64,000 nucleotides of DNA, from the NCBI RefSeq assembly GCF_018977255.1, contig NW_024704743.1:33420001-33484000 (forward strand), written 5' to 3'. Position numbers and translations under genes: made by a program. The notes below the pieces were generated by a model, which was given only the letters and a program-made list of their open reading frames with translations, was not told where the DNA came from and did not search any database. Positions 35,571 through 48,762 of the stretch are shown one piece after another (the first letter of the stretch is position 1; each line of letters starts with the position of its first letter). This DNA is from Callorhinchus milii (taxonomy: Eukaryota).

Positions 35571-36359
35571 TTGATGACCCCTGAGAGCAAAGGTTTGCTT
35601 TACAGAACTATTAAACATTGCTGCTTTCTGCTTATTGGGGGAGGGAGAGCTGTGGAGGCACAAGAATATGAAGGCAGCGTATTTCTGGCAGTCAACAACC
35701 GCAGGACTGCGGCCAGATAATAACTACTGCGAAACATGAAATTAACTAGTCTATAATGATACATTTCTAGCAAATTCCACAATAGCCCTGAGCACTAGGA
35801 ACCTCCTAAAGACAGAATGAGTTGCTCTGGTTATTACTGTTCAGTTTTCTTAGTTCCTACGCTTGTATAACTTGGCTTATTGTCAAGAGTGTTTTTTTAG
35901 TATTTAAGCCAACCCACTGTACCACAACATCCTTTTTCATAATGACAACAGTGGTAAAGCAGAGATGCTCTCTCCCCTCCCTAAGTGATTATAGCGTCCA
36001 GCTTTATTAACTTGATGCCTGTAATTCAGGAACAAGATCAGACTGAGCACAATTGCTAAATATACCACAGACCATCAACAAAGGCAGTTGTAGAAAATAC
36101 TTTTGCTCAGCTACAGTAGGTTACCGCTGCTCCCACAATGCACGTCAGAGCACCTTTGGTAGGTTCCCATCTAATGGAACACACATGGAGACGATCTAGA
36201 CATAATAATAAGCATTCAGTGTAATGCCTATAATGTCTCAAAGTGCTTCACAAAACTTCTGTAAAGTGTAGTGGCTATGCAAACAATTTGCGCACAACAA
36301 AATGTCCCATAAACAGCCATGAAGTGAGTGGCCAATTTTGTCACCAAAGGTTGGTTTGG

Positions 36360-36940
36360 ATGAAGAAGGCCTTTGGACCCACCCAATCTCATCCTTCCAG
36401 AACACTCACCCTACTGTTCCCCCCATCAAACTGCTTTTTAAATCAGTTTAGTATCCTGGCCTCAACCATCCTTCCTGGCAACCTGTTCCAGTTGAGTAAA
36501 GAAAAACATCCTGGTATCTGTCCTGAAATTTCTCATTACAACGCTAAACCTGTGTCCTCTTGTTCTACTATGTTGATGCATTCCAAAGTATTGATACTTT
36601 GTCAATCTCATTTAAAATTTAATTCATTTCTACAAGGTCCCTGAGTTGTCTTTTCAAGAGCACTTGCTTGTCTAATTGTTGCCCGTAGCTCATTTCCTCT
36701 AACACTGGAGATCACCTCATTGCTTTCCTACTCAGTATTGCTAGGGCCTTGGCAGCCCCCATATGTCACAGTGACCAAAACCGTATGCAGTACAGTAAGT
36801 GAGGTCTGACGATACAGCCTGAGTTTGACATCTGGGGATATAAACATCTGATTTGGCAATCTAGCCCTGCATCCTGTTCGCCTTGTTTATTGCTGCCTCA
36901 CACTGTTTTGGCATAGTGAGCAAAGAATCAACTAACACCT
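36360..36940 (-). mobile_element. CR1 LINE 3' fragment
   Basis: KQCEAAINKANRM motif and CR1 3' UTR similarity. Confidence 0.7.
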
Positions 36941-37220
36941 CTATCTGGAGGATTGTTGACGAGAACACTGAGAGAAGCTCCCTTCTCTTTTCAAACAGTG
37001 CTACGGGATCTTTAATGTCCGCTTGAACAGACAGACAGACTGACTGACTGACCAACCCCAGTTTAAAATCTCATCTGAAGAACAGCACCTCTGGCAATGA
37101 ACCACCCACCCCCCTTGCGATGAAGTGAACTACGTGAGCTCAAACCTTCCTGCATGTGGTTTGAACTTACAACCTTGTCACCCTGAGGCAAGTGTGCAAC
37201 CAACTGAGCTGGGCTGACAC
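36940..37220 (-). mobile_element. Deu-domain SINE
   Basis: Head GTGTCAGCCCAGCTCAGTTGG on the minus strand, with Deu core. Confidence 0.7.
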
Positions 37221-37560
37221 TTAAATCAGACTTTTTTTTCTTTGTAGTTCAGAGTGTACAAATATTGGATAGTTCTTAAATTTTCAGGAACACAATCTTC
37301 AAAATTAAGACTAAATTTAAGATTTGTCCAAAATTATCACCACTGTAATTCTAAGAAAAAAAAGTAAGCTTAAAGTCAGATGGAATTTCTCCCCAGTCCC
37401 TTCCCTGACAACATGTTCCAGTTGTTAATTATCCTCTGGGCAAAGAAACATTTCCTGGGGTCTGTCTTGAAATTGCGCTTTGATACACGATCCTCACCAA
37501 ATAGTCAAGCCTATTGTCCAGGAGGCTCTCTGAATAACAACCAGGGACCCAAAACCTACA

Positions 37561-37946
37561 GTGGATTCCTGTAGGGTATTGCTTAGAGCACTCGCCTTGC
37601 AAGCGAGAGGATCTTGGTTTGATTCCTGGTCAGGGCAATACCTTAGGCGAGTTTCCTAACTCCACACGTCGCTGTTTACGTAGCAGTAAGTAGGTACCTG
37701 GTTGTTAGTCAATTGGTGGATCGCTTTCCGGGGTAATCATCCCTTCAAAAAGAAATACATAAATAAAAATAATAATAATTTAGTCACTCAATCCACGACT
37801 TTTTGTGAGACACTGCTGTGCGCAATTGGCTGCTGCGTTTCGCCCACAAAATATACAGTCAATTCACTTTGCAGTATATTCTGTGAAGTGTGAGACATCT
37901 CAACGATGTGATAATGCGCGATATCAAATGCGAGGATTATTATTAT
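37561..37946 (+). mobile_element. SINE2-1_CM-like SINE, long form
   Basis: Similar to 59745-60112 from head to tail. Confidence 0.85.
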
Positions 37947-39579
37947 TTTTGTGTTCTTAGTCTTAAAGACTAAGATTTCAAATCTATGATTGGGAAGATT
38001 TATGGNAAAAATTCTTCAATTCAGACACAAAGTGAAGCCAATTTTCCAATTCTTTTGGGGTACTTAAAATGCTAAGAAGGTAATAAAATTAAAATGAATA
38101 TATTCAAAATAAAATACCTATGGAGATGGCCTAGCGGATAAATGTTCCATCCAGTGCAGAACTAGGCCGGACAGATGACAGAACAGCAGTACTAACTGAA
38201 AGCAAATGTGGCATTAAGCGCAATGCGTACATGTAGGCTTTTCAAAATGGATCTGTGTAAGTCAAGAAAACAATGTGAATAGAGGAGTGAAACATCACCC
38301 AGTCAGAACAGATCACAAACAACATGTGAGGTGATGAGAGAAATTTCAACACTATCTCAACAGGCCGTAAATGAAGACAGGAAATCCCTGTTAATGGTGC
38401 AAATATACCAGAATATTGTTGCAATGTTCCATAGCATTTTACTTTGAAGAATATAAATTACAGACCTTTCTTTCAAAGCCAAGGTCTAGTCTCTCAGCTC
38501 AGACGAATGTTGAAGATCCTATTCGAAAAAGGAGGGGAATTTCTCTCAGTGTCCTGACCAACAATGCGAGGATCATTATTATTAAAATTGAATAAAATTG
38601 ATCATTCACTTCATGGCTGTTTGTTGGACCTTGTTGTGTGTGAAATGGCTGCCATGGTTATTTACAAATGCGCACTCACAACACTTTACGCAAATCACTT
38701 GTGAAGCGTTTTATGATGTTTTGACGCTATAGGTGTGGTATCAAATGCAAAAATTACTAATTATTACTGGTGGGAAGTGGTCCAACACAGAACAGGCAAC
38801 GAGGAAGACTCAAGATTAAAAAAAAGCATAGTATGGGTGGGAGAAGGGAGGCTGGAGGGAACAAGTGGAGAGAAGCATTGCGTGAGATTGATTTTTGGGT
38901 GCGCAAATGATCAGACAGAAAGGAGGTGAGAGGCTCGATGGAACCAGTGTGCAGAAAAGTTGAAGTTAGACTGGTGTCTATGGGCCCCATTGAGCAGATA
39001 GATTGAAGTGAATTTTGGTGCTTTGAGTAAATTTACAAAAATGGACCCTAATCATCCATTCTGCACCACCCCACCACTGCCCCCCGATTAGGACACTGGC
39101 GGTGGGGTGGGTGGATAAAGGCGGGTAAAGTGTACTGTGCTACACTTCACTGTCTCTCAGTGTTGGCATGTGTGTGACAGCACAAGCAAGAAATGCATCT
39201 GATGCCAATTCCTCAAAATGTCCATCACTGACATCAGATCCTGCCCACTGCCCAACTCTATGCACAAAAACGTGTTTGCACATATCGTGTATGCGCAACC
39301 CAGGGAAAGTGACTTCGCTGGTGACCTGACCACCTGCATGTCGGCCATTTTAGCACGAGAGAAGATAGCCAGTTCGTGCCAAAACCAATCATGGGTTCAC
39401 ATTTCTGCTACTTGCCTAATAAGCGAACCTGCCTAAGTCCTGGGTACTCCTGATAACTGGAAAAAAATATCACATCGAGTCACGGGAAATCTACTCCAAC
39501 ACAATCTACCTCTTGAGCGGAGTTCCCAAAGTTCAGCAAGAATTCTAACAGGACTCTTCACAGAAATCCTGTTCAGAAA

Positions 39580-39915
39580 CGCTGCAGCTCAATGGTATAG
39601 CAAATAGAGCTACAGCTCAGGGACCAGATGTTTGCTAGTTCCAATCCCAGTCTGTGCTGAGTTTGCTGCTCTTACGCAGGGCTGCATGGAGAGGCTAAAT
39701 TGGCCTTGGCCTTCTCAGGGTTAGGGAGTGGGAAACTAGTCAGAGGTCAGCCCCTGGTTCCTTTATAGCTCCAGAGTTCTACTGACTGGCAAAGAATGAA
39801 AATAAACAACGGCCACTCGAGTGCGATACTGCAGGGCAACCAGCACCCAGGGTGGAGGCCAGACCAGGAGCAGAGAGGGCTTTTACCAAGGAGAAAGTTA
39901 GAAAACAAAATTGGA
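39580..39915 (+). mobile_element. Ancient tRNA-headed SINE (UCON3-like family)
   Basis: GCTCAATGGTATAGC head, GTTCCAATCCCAGTCTGTGCTGAGTTTGCTG and AATTGGCCTT..GGGTTAGGGAG. Partial copies near 3300-3490, 28620-28700, 34700-34830, 50100-50210 and 52340-52510. Confidence 0.45.
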
Positions 39916-41629
39916 CGCCCATAATTTTAAAAAGAAAGAAAATGCTGCAAATTAGACCCTGTCATAGTTGAAAATGGATACGCTTTGATTGTTCTCCTCA
40001 CAGTGGTTCACACACAGGTCAAAATACAGAGCAAAGCACAGAACGTGTGACAGTCCAGTGCTGGACAGAAAGAATCTATGGGGTGGGAGGGTGGTGGAAA
40101 ATCTCCAAGGCAGAGGAAAGGATTACCACAGCAACAGCAAAAAAATGCAGTGGGAATGGGGAGAGTGAGATAATGCAGAGATCAAAGAGAACCCCGCTGC
40201 TTAACTGAAGCTGTGAGCGGCAGCAGAGAGAGACTGACGGACATGGTGCAGGGATCTGTGGGAGCTTAGAGACTTCTCCCCTCCGAAACTACAGCACAAG
40301 TAAGAACTGATCACTCGCTAACGTGGGAACAATCCCTGGCGTGCAACAAAACAGACTACAATCCATGGAGCATTTACACCTATATCTTATCGGAGTAGAT
40401 TTATTGAATATAAATTATATATCTTTAATCCATGGAGGGCGTGTCATGTTATGACATCAACAGAAAAACATACTGTATAACAGTCATTCAACTGTTAGAA
40501 CAAATCAGTGCAGATTAGATGAAGCCACTGTGGTGCCAGGGAGGCAGCCTGTGACAAGGGACACAGTATGATTAATATCCAGATATGCAGCTGAATATAC
40601 AACGCAAGTCAGGGTGCGGGACATCAAACAAAACTGCGTCAACAGAAAGAGAATTGGCATTCGACCTAGTCCTTGTGTGTTTTTTCACTGTCTGGTGGTG
40701 TTTAACAACATTTATACAGCGGCTTTCACGTAAAGTCTCAAAGTACTGGACGCTGAGTGAGAAGGGGAGGGGATGAGGAAGGTGAGTGTAGGCATGATTA
40801 AAGAGACAGGATTTCAGGAGGCTGTTAAATAACAGATCGAGAGGTAGAGGGAGGGGGTGATAGTGAGGCGGAGGGGTTTAGGGAAGCAGTTCCAGAGGCT
40901 ACGTGGGGTGGAGGGTGGGTATGGGGGATAAAAATTGCTGAACAAAAGAAGACCAAGGTCCATCCAGTTCGCCTTGCATCAGCTTGGTGGCCATTGATGA
41001 CCAAAGATGAATTCAATGCCGAGTCTAACATTGGCTGAGTGTGCTGCACTTTAATTGCATTACAGTGGCTGAGGCCACGTGGACGTTAACATTCAGACTG
41101 GCCGGCAGCAGGTGTCCTTTGCCCGGGTTCGTGTTCATTAGTGCACCGCTAACTGTGCCCGCTCGTTCCCTTATTTATTTATGATGTTTAATGACATATC
41201 ATATGTTAACAGACAGGCTTTCCCTGCAGCAGCTCGTGTCTCCCCGTGGAACACCCCTGACTGCGCGCTGCCGGGGTTGCCTGGTGACAGAATGTCAGTT
41301 TAGCTAATAAGGCTCATTGCTGGACTGATAAATGTCAGGACAGATTAGCAAACCAATACATTTTACGCGTGGGATGGTGGTGGGGGGGTGGGGAGCAGCA
41401 CATATGTTTGAAAATGCACTTGTACTAATATCTGTATGTATTATTGAATCTTTTTACTGAATCCAAGAGCAAATCTGAGACATGCACAGCAGGTTGGTGT
41501 GACTGAAGGACCCAGATGCTGTAAGTATTGAAGGAAATAGTAAGAGATGCACTTTATGATAACGCACGTCAATTCCAAATACAACAGAGGCATTATTAGA
41601 AGTTTGAGATGTAGGAAATTAGGATCACT

Positions 41630-41975
41630 TAGTGCATGATTTGAAAAGAAAAGGGAGTTTCTTCCGGTGTCCTGGCCAACAATCCCCCAAATAAAATTAG
41701 ACATTCACTTCATGGCTGTTTGTGAGATATTGCTGTGGGCAAATTGGTTGCCAAGTTCACCTTCAAAACACATCGTCACTACAGTTTATAGTAAATCATG
41801 TGAAGTACTTTGAGACGCTATATGGGACACAGCTGTACGCAATTGGCTGCCATGTTTCACCCACAAAATATACAGTCAACTCACTTTACAGTATATTCTG
41901 TGAAGAGCTTTCAGATGTCTCGAAGGCGTGATAAGGCGCGATATCAAATAAGGATTATTATTATAATTATTATTA
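41630..41975 (+). mobile_element. Deu SINE 3' part followed by a SINE2-1_CM-like 3' part
   Basis: Two successive tail modules. Confidence 0.7.
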
Positions 41976-44769
41976 CATCAAATGGAAGTATTATGATGGT
42001 TGTCTTGTGGCTATCTATGCTGAAGATGCACATTCTGCACACTAATGTAGCCTCACCAGCTCTCGATGCTGTGAACGTGTCAATGGGCTTCTCAACCCAT
42101 ATAATTGCCGCACAAACCACACAACAAATTCCTTATTCTTTCACCAAGATTCTTGGCCTTGGCAAGCCAACCCTTACTTCAGTCTGACCACACTCTCTTT
42201 ATGGTGTTAAGTGCTCCCGAGTTGGAGAATGATTTGCGTAGTGTCAGAGAGACACTGAAAGATTATGGTCAAAAATAACATACAAGGCTGGGGGGGGGGG
42301 GGTTTGGGGGGTGGGGGGTGATCACGTGTCTTATGATTTAGTGGCTGATGTTAGAGCATAAAATAGCTAACAAGACTTGTCCTAATGGATGTCAAGATGG
42401 AGATTGTAATGTTGCCCGCGGGCAGGCATTTGCCTTGTTTAATCTCTGACAGGAATCTTACCACTGAGTTCACAGACACCTACCTGTCTGTAGAACCCAA
42501 TCAACTGATTTCAGTGAACAAAGAAACAGAGGGGGTGGAGTGGCTGATAAGATTGAGTCACGCTGAGTCATTCAGATAGTGCGTGTGTGTCACATACGGA
42601 TAAAATAAGAATAATAATCCTTACATTTGGAGCAGCACTTTTCACGTCGAGAGGGTATTTCAGAGCGCTTCCCTGGATATACTGAAAAGTTCAGTAACTG
42701 TTTTTGTGGGAGAACGTGAATGATGATTATGTCAAGCCGTTTGCAGCCAGGAAAACCAATATTAAAGGGATTTCTGCGCTGTTATGTTGCGGTAGCGAAA
42801 TTGTAAAACAAGCCAGGCAGGTAAGGAACTTCAGCAGCCTTACTCACAGCTCCAGCTTTTCCGTATCCAGTTGGATCTCCGCAGTCGGGAAGATCCAACT
42901 CCAAGTTGGGTGTTTCCAGACGAGGCAAAACCACCTGATCTACTTTCCCAACTAGTTACCTCCAGAGACAACTAGTAATGTAAAAATAGCGCAGCATTAA
43001 GCTTTTATATTATAAGGAAAAAAGCACTTCACAGCTGCGCTAAGGTCACTATTTCTCTCTGCCTGTAGCGCATAACACATCTGAATAGTACTGGTGGCTT
43101 TAAACAGTATAAAGCATTGCAGATGCCTTCTATTTCAAGTGGTGTGAAGCCACAACCCAACACAAGCAAGAGACTTCTTTGTTACTTCCACTTTGTTGGT
43201 GAGTGTTTGAGGGATGAGGGGGAAGGAATTTGGGTATGTCAAGATGTCTTGGTTGGCCTGCCATCTGGTCAGGCAGCACGTTGACCTTAACACCTGTGGA
43301 ACCATACAACAACCAGCATGATACAGTGCCCTTCTTTTTAAAGTCTCAGAGCACTTACTCCATCAAAAGCAAAGTAAAATCAAATGCCTGCAGGAAGCCA
43401 TTCACAGGTACAACCACTCTACATAGAATGGATCGTCACAGAAACAGGCCATTTGGCCAAACTTGTCTGTCTCAGTATTTATACTACATATGAGCCTCCA
43501 CACATCCCAATTCCCTCTCTTATACTCATCTATCCCCTTGGGCAAGGTCCCAGATTTGAAGAGCACCCATGAAACTGTAACAAGGCAGCGTCTTCAGGAA
43601 GGGAAAGGTGGAGAAAATTGGGAGGCAGGAATAAAAAATACGTTATAAACTAATGAGGAAATATAATTTCTTTGCAGATAGGACATGACACCATTGGGAC
43701 AGCGTGGCTTCTGGAGCAAAATGTTTGGAGGCTGCCTTACAAGTAAAAACACATCAATCAGATATGATTTGGTTACTGAGATCATAAAATCAGCGTGGAG
43801 ACAGATGGTACACAGTGAGGTCCTGCAGCAAGTTTCTGCAGGCTGCACGCAAACACCTGTTCACTGTAATCTATCTCCTGCTTTGCTTGTATGACCTTAA
43901 AACCATTGTAATTTCAGCTCTGGTAATAATAATAAAAAAAGGGTGAATTTCAAATTATAATGCACAAGGTCCCCTGTAGGAAAATGTGCTAACAGCCTTA
44001 TGAAAATTGTGCATAAGAATAAATGTACACAATGGGCATTTACATTTTGATGTGTTTTCTCTAAGGACCTAAATGTGAAGGCAGGAATGTTGCATACAAT
44101 ATGTTGTGTACATTGTGTTGCGTACAATTTCTTTTTGCACTGAGCCAACTGTCACTTCAGTTCTTTAGTGCAGAGGGATGCCAGGGCACTAACATAAACA
44201 ACAATTTGCACTCCTGTAGCACGTTTCATGTATACTAAATGCGTTAAAGTGCTTTAAAATCCTAAAAATAATCCTTGCATTTTATACAGTGCTTTTCACA
44301 TCAGAAGGATGTCCCACAGCACTTCACAACTGTAAAGTGTACGCCTCACGTACTGTAAACTCAGAATATGCTGTAAAGGGTTTTTGGGTGATCGCGGCAT
44401 TCAACTTACACACAGCACTGTCCCACAAACAGTCCTGAAGTCAATGACCAGTTTTACAAAGACAAAAGGGAACTGTGAGGAGGGGAAGAAGACTCTAAGG
44501 GTCAAAGTGGGTCAAAAGGGTTTTAAAAACAAGGAGGGAAGGGACAAGGCAAAGGGATTATGCAAAAGAGTTCCAAAGAGCAGGGGGGTAGTGGCTGATG
44601 ATGGGAAGGAGAGAGTGAGGAGCAAGCATCAGGTCAGAGTTGGAAGAGAGGAGGACACGAATGGAGAGTATGTCCTCTGCAGGATTCAAACAGAGTCAAA
44701 TCGATCTCCCTGCTTGTCTACTGAAGGCCAACGAGGACAGTGATAGGATAGTGGCCAGCGGGAGTCTAC

Positions 44770-44878
44770 ATGTATGCAGGCCACATGGGAATTCTATTTG
44801 TAATTTTCTGTTTTGGGTCCGGTCCGGCGAGGTATAAATTCTGGATACCGGGAGTCTGGTAAGCCGGGGTTTACTGTA
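44770..44878. mobile_element. Right end of a Tc1/mariner-pogo (Tigger-like) non-autonomous DNA element
   Basis: Ends ...AAGCCGGGGTTTACTG followed by TA (reverse complement TA|CAGTAAACCCCGG). No partner TIR found. Confidence 0.4.
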
Positions 44879-45639
44879 TACTTAGTTTCTATATCTATAT
44901 TCACTCTCCAGTTTCTATATCACTTCCAAAGGCTCCCAGTTCATTTCCCTAATCTCAATTTTCAGGGTCTGGGTTAATAATATTAATCCTTGCATCTAAT
45001 ATATAGATACTGCCTATAATACAAAATACACACAGCTAGTACATTTTACAATACATCCTGTGAAGGGACATGATAAGGCTCTACATGGAATCCAAGGATT
45101 ATTATTATTACAATGTCAAAACATTACAAAGCACTTCACAGAAAATTGCTGGGACTGAAAGGTTACTGCTTCGTTGGCCAATAGTGCACCCAATTTGCAC
45201 ATAGCAAAAATGAAACAGCTGGCTCCGCAGCTCACCGGTTTGGTGTAACAATTATCCAGCCACCACCCTGAAGGTTAGTTAGGTCTCTTGACTCTCTCAG
45301 AATTCAGGACCCATCTATACTGCCACAGCTCATTGGTGAGACAGACAATTGGACAGTCTAAAGTGAGGTGGCATCAGATGTTGGCATGTGCACAAACATC
45401 AACAACATTTATTTCATGATCTCTGCTACCCAAATAAAAGTAGCAGAATTAGGAGAACACCCAGAGGCAAATGCTACACATATGTGACTAACTGGTGACC
45501 GCATTTTAAGTCTTCATTCCATAACCACAATAGAAAAGTGTCATTAGTGATTGTCAGTGATACTGCAACTGTAATAATAATTGTTCACTCACTTTGTGGC
45601 TGTTTGTGGGACAAATGTGCGACGTGCGCAAATTGGTTA

Positions 45640-46705
45640 CAACAACAAGATTACATTTGCATAGCGCCTTTCACGTCGGGAGGACAGTGTGCAGCATTTC
45701 AGACCCGAGCTGGGGTCAGGGGGGGAGAAGGGAGAGGAAGGGGGTTGGCTGATGGCATGGTCGAAGAGGAGGGTCTTGAGGCGGGACTTGAAGGAGGCTA
45801 AGGAGGGGGCGAGGCGGAGTGATTGGGGAATGGAGTTCCAGAGGTTGGGGACAGAGTGGCCGAAGGCCCTCCTGCCAATGGTGGGGCAGGTGGGTCGGGG
45901 GATGTGGAGCAGGCCAGAGCCGGCTGAGCAGAGGGAGCGGGCGGGTTGGTAGGGAGTTAGGAGGTCACCGAGCTAGGGTGGGGCGAGACCATGGAGGGCT
46001 TTGCAGGTGAGGACCAATATCTAGAACTGGATCCTCTGAAGGATAGGGAGCCAATGGAATTGGGCGAGAATGGGGGAGATGGGGTCACAGAGTTTGGTGA
46101 GGTATAGGACACGGGCTGCAGAGTTCTGGATTATCTGCAGCCTGTGGAGGGAGGAGTTGGGAAGGCCGACAAGCAGGGCATTTGCATAGTCGAGCCTGGA
46201 GGTGATGAAGGCATGAACAAGAGTTTCAGAGGCCTGAGGGGTTAGTGGTGGAGTCGGGCAATGTTACGGAAGTGAGGGAAGGCAGAGCAGCTTGTGGCTT
46301 GGATGTGGGAAGAAAAGACAGTTGAGGGTCGAACAAGACACCTGGGTTCCTGATGGCTTGGAGAGTTGAAGTGTGCAATCATGGAGGTTGTTGCTACCAG
46401 AGCCTGAGGTGCTGAGGCGCTGGCTCGAGCCAATCAGGAGGGCCTCAGTCTTATTCACGTTCAACTGTAGGAAATTTGTCCTCATCCAGGACTTGATGTC
46501 CGACAGACAGTCTGTCAGGACAGCAGTGGTCCTGGAGTTGAGGGTGGAGGCAGAGAGAGATAGAGTTAGGTGTCATCCGCATACATATGGAAGCTGACCC
46601 CATGTCTGCGGATGATGTCACCAAGGAGGAGCATGTAAGATATTAAAGAGGAGAGGGCCAAGGAGAGAGCCCTGGGGGACGCCAGTCATGATAGTACGGG
46701 AGCTA
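45640..46705 (-). mobile_element. L2 LINE, ~1.06 kb 3' portion including the RT catalytic motif
   Basis: Minus strand encodes GVPQGSLLGPLLF...LGDIIRRHGVSFHMYADDT and NFLQLNVNKTEALLIG; frameshifted; ends in the L2 tail. Confidence 0.92.
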
Positions 46706-47959
46706 CTGCCTTTGCCCACAGAATGCACAGTCATTACACATTACAGTTAGACATCTTGATAACGTGAAGACACTGTATCAAATGCAAGAATTATTATTAT
46801 TATTATCATCCTTTATGATAGCTGCACCTTGGGGGCAGAGTGGCTGAAGGCCCTCCCGCCAATGGTGGGACAGGTGGGTCGGGGGACATGGAGCAGGCCG
46901 GAGCCAGAAAGCACTCCTAAAATTGCATTATTTTTACTTTCTTCTGCTTTCTCTCCACTGTATTATTTTCAGGCTCACTTTTAGTCTTCCCTCCCTCAAC
47001 TGACTGCTAAATCCCAGCACTCTTGCCTGGGGCATCAGGTAGGAAGTACCACAATTACTTATTTACTGGTGGTCACAGAAAAAATGATTACATATAGAAA
47101 GCATACACGTAACATAACCTTCTCTCACAAACATCCACTGTTTAGTCTGTAAATAATGCTGGCAATTACAGATACCCCTGTCAATCTTGTGGTTTCAGGC
47201 AGAGTAATTAAGGTGTCAAGCCAGGGGGTGGGTAGCGGGTCCACAAAGGGAAATTGGTTATCCTGTAAGGAAACACACACTGGCAAAGAGCACAGTGGTT
47301 CTGAACAGTGACGCTCTGTGCTCCTTTGTGTTACAGCCCAGTTATATTCATATGCTATTTTATAGCGCAGTAGTAGTCATGTCCTATGTTACAGTCCAGT
47401 GGTAATTATATCCTGTGTTACCACACCGTTTGTTCAAGAAGAAGGGCCGCAATCCCTGCTCTCCTAAGCCAAAAGATTGGATTTTTAGTGAATGGCCCAC
47501 AGGCACATGGATCCTGAGTGGAGGAAATCACTTACTTGTCACTTGTTTGTGTTCCTAAATATGTCTTTACACAAGCTGAGGACTGTATTTAGGAAGCTCG
47601 CAAATTTTAGCCCACCTTTGTCAATGAAACCCTGTAACCTTCTGGGGCTTAGCACTGCAATGGCCACACATTGAGGAGAAAGAGGTTCAAAAGGAAATAA
47701 TTGAGGACAGGTTTGCGGGAAACAGTGGTCGTTAGCGGGATACAAACAGGAGAGATCATTGCTCCCAAAAGATGTGAGATAATCTGTGAAGCACTTTGAC
47801 CTGTCCGGAGGCAAACAAAACGTTCCCAACGAAGAAGGAACTGATTGGCAATAAAGCATCATTTATCAGATCAGTTTAGACAGGCATTGTAAAGAATTTA
47901 GCAAAGCAAGAGTTTATGATTGAATTTTTTTTTACCAATGATGGGGGAAGGGGGGTAAT

Positions 47960-48280
47960 TACAAGATTATAAGATTAGTTTGGCCCATCTGATCCCATGT
48001 TATCATCCTAATATCATAAGATCAAGCTGCTTTTTAAATGAGTCCAGTGTTGTGGTCTCAACCATTCGTCCTGCTAACCTATTCTAGTCATTAATTACCC
48101 ACTGGATAAAGAAACTCTTCCTGGTATCTGTCCTGAAATCGCTCCTTGCAACCCTAAACCTGTGTCATCTTGGCTGTACTGTCTTGGTACATCCTCAAGG
48201 ATGGTTCTGGGTTTACTTTTTCAATCCCATTTAAAATGTTACATATTTCTATAAGGTCCCCTCTGACATCTTAAAAGACG
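47960..48280 (-). mobile_element. CR1 LINE 3' fragment
   Basis: Similar to 36360-36660 and, in reverse, to 18020-18285. Confidence 0.7.
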
Positions 48281-48469
48281 TCTATGAAGAGCACCCATAT
48301 TTGAAGAAGTTTGAACTGGGGCATGTTCCTCTCCTCGTCATTGATGATATTACAATGCAATAGACATCTATCTGAATTTATGGTCAACCTCATACTTCAT
48401 ATGTTTCCATTTAACCCAGTTGGCTCAGAAATGGAGCGCTGCTTGCATCAAATGTCCAGGATAAAGACT

Positions 48470-48755
48470 TTTAGATTCCCCCATCCCCTCAGTCCCAGAC
48501 ATCTTCATTGTTCCATGTCTCCCGCCCGACCTGCCCTACCTCGCTTCCTCCCTTGCCTCCTTCAAGGCCGGTCTCATGACCCTTCTCTTCTCTTCGAGCC
48601 TTTGGTCACCCTCCCACCTCTCTGCCTTCCCTCACCCCTACACCCCCCCTCCCCCATGCTCGGGCCCTGACACCTGACTGTTCAGCGCTTTGGGACGACC
48701 TCCCGACGTGAGAGGCGCTCTATAAATGTAATTTTGTTGTTGTTGTTGTTGTTGC
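48470..48755 (+). mobile_element. L2 3' fragment with (GTT)n tail
   Basis: Terminal stem-loop AGCGCTTTGGGACGACCTCCCGACGTGAGAGGCGCT, then (GTT)6. Confidence 0.8.
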
Positions 48756-48762
48756 TAATGAG

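Noticed and set aside
38006..38006. Ambiguous base n
   Set aside because: Assembly ambiguity, not biology.
42288..42320. G-run tract (also the C-run at ~56430-56456)
   Set aside because: Simple low-complexity sequence; G4 potential only, with no contextual evidence.
42869..42900. Iron-responsive element
   Set aside because: The loop is CAGTC rather than CAGTGN, and the stem geometry does not fit.
42720..42940. C/D box snoRNA (ATGATGA)
   Set aside because: No D box at a typical distance and no terminal stem.
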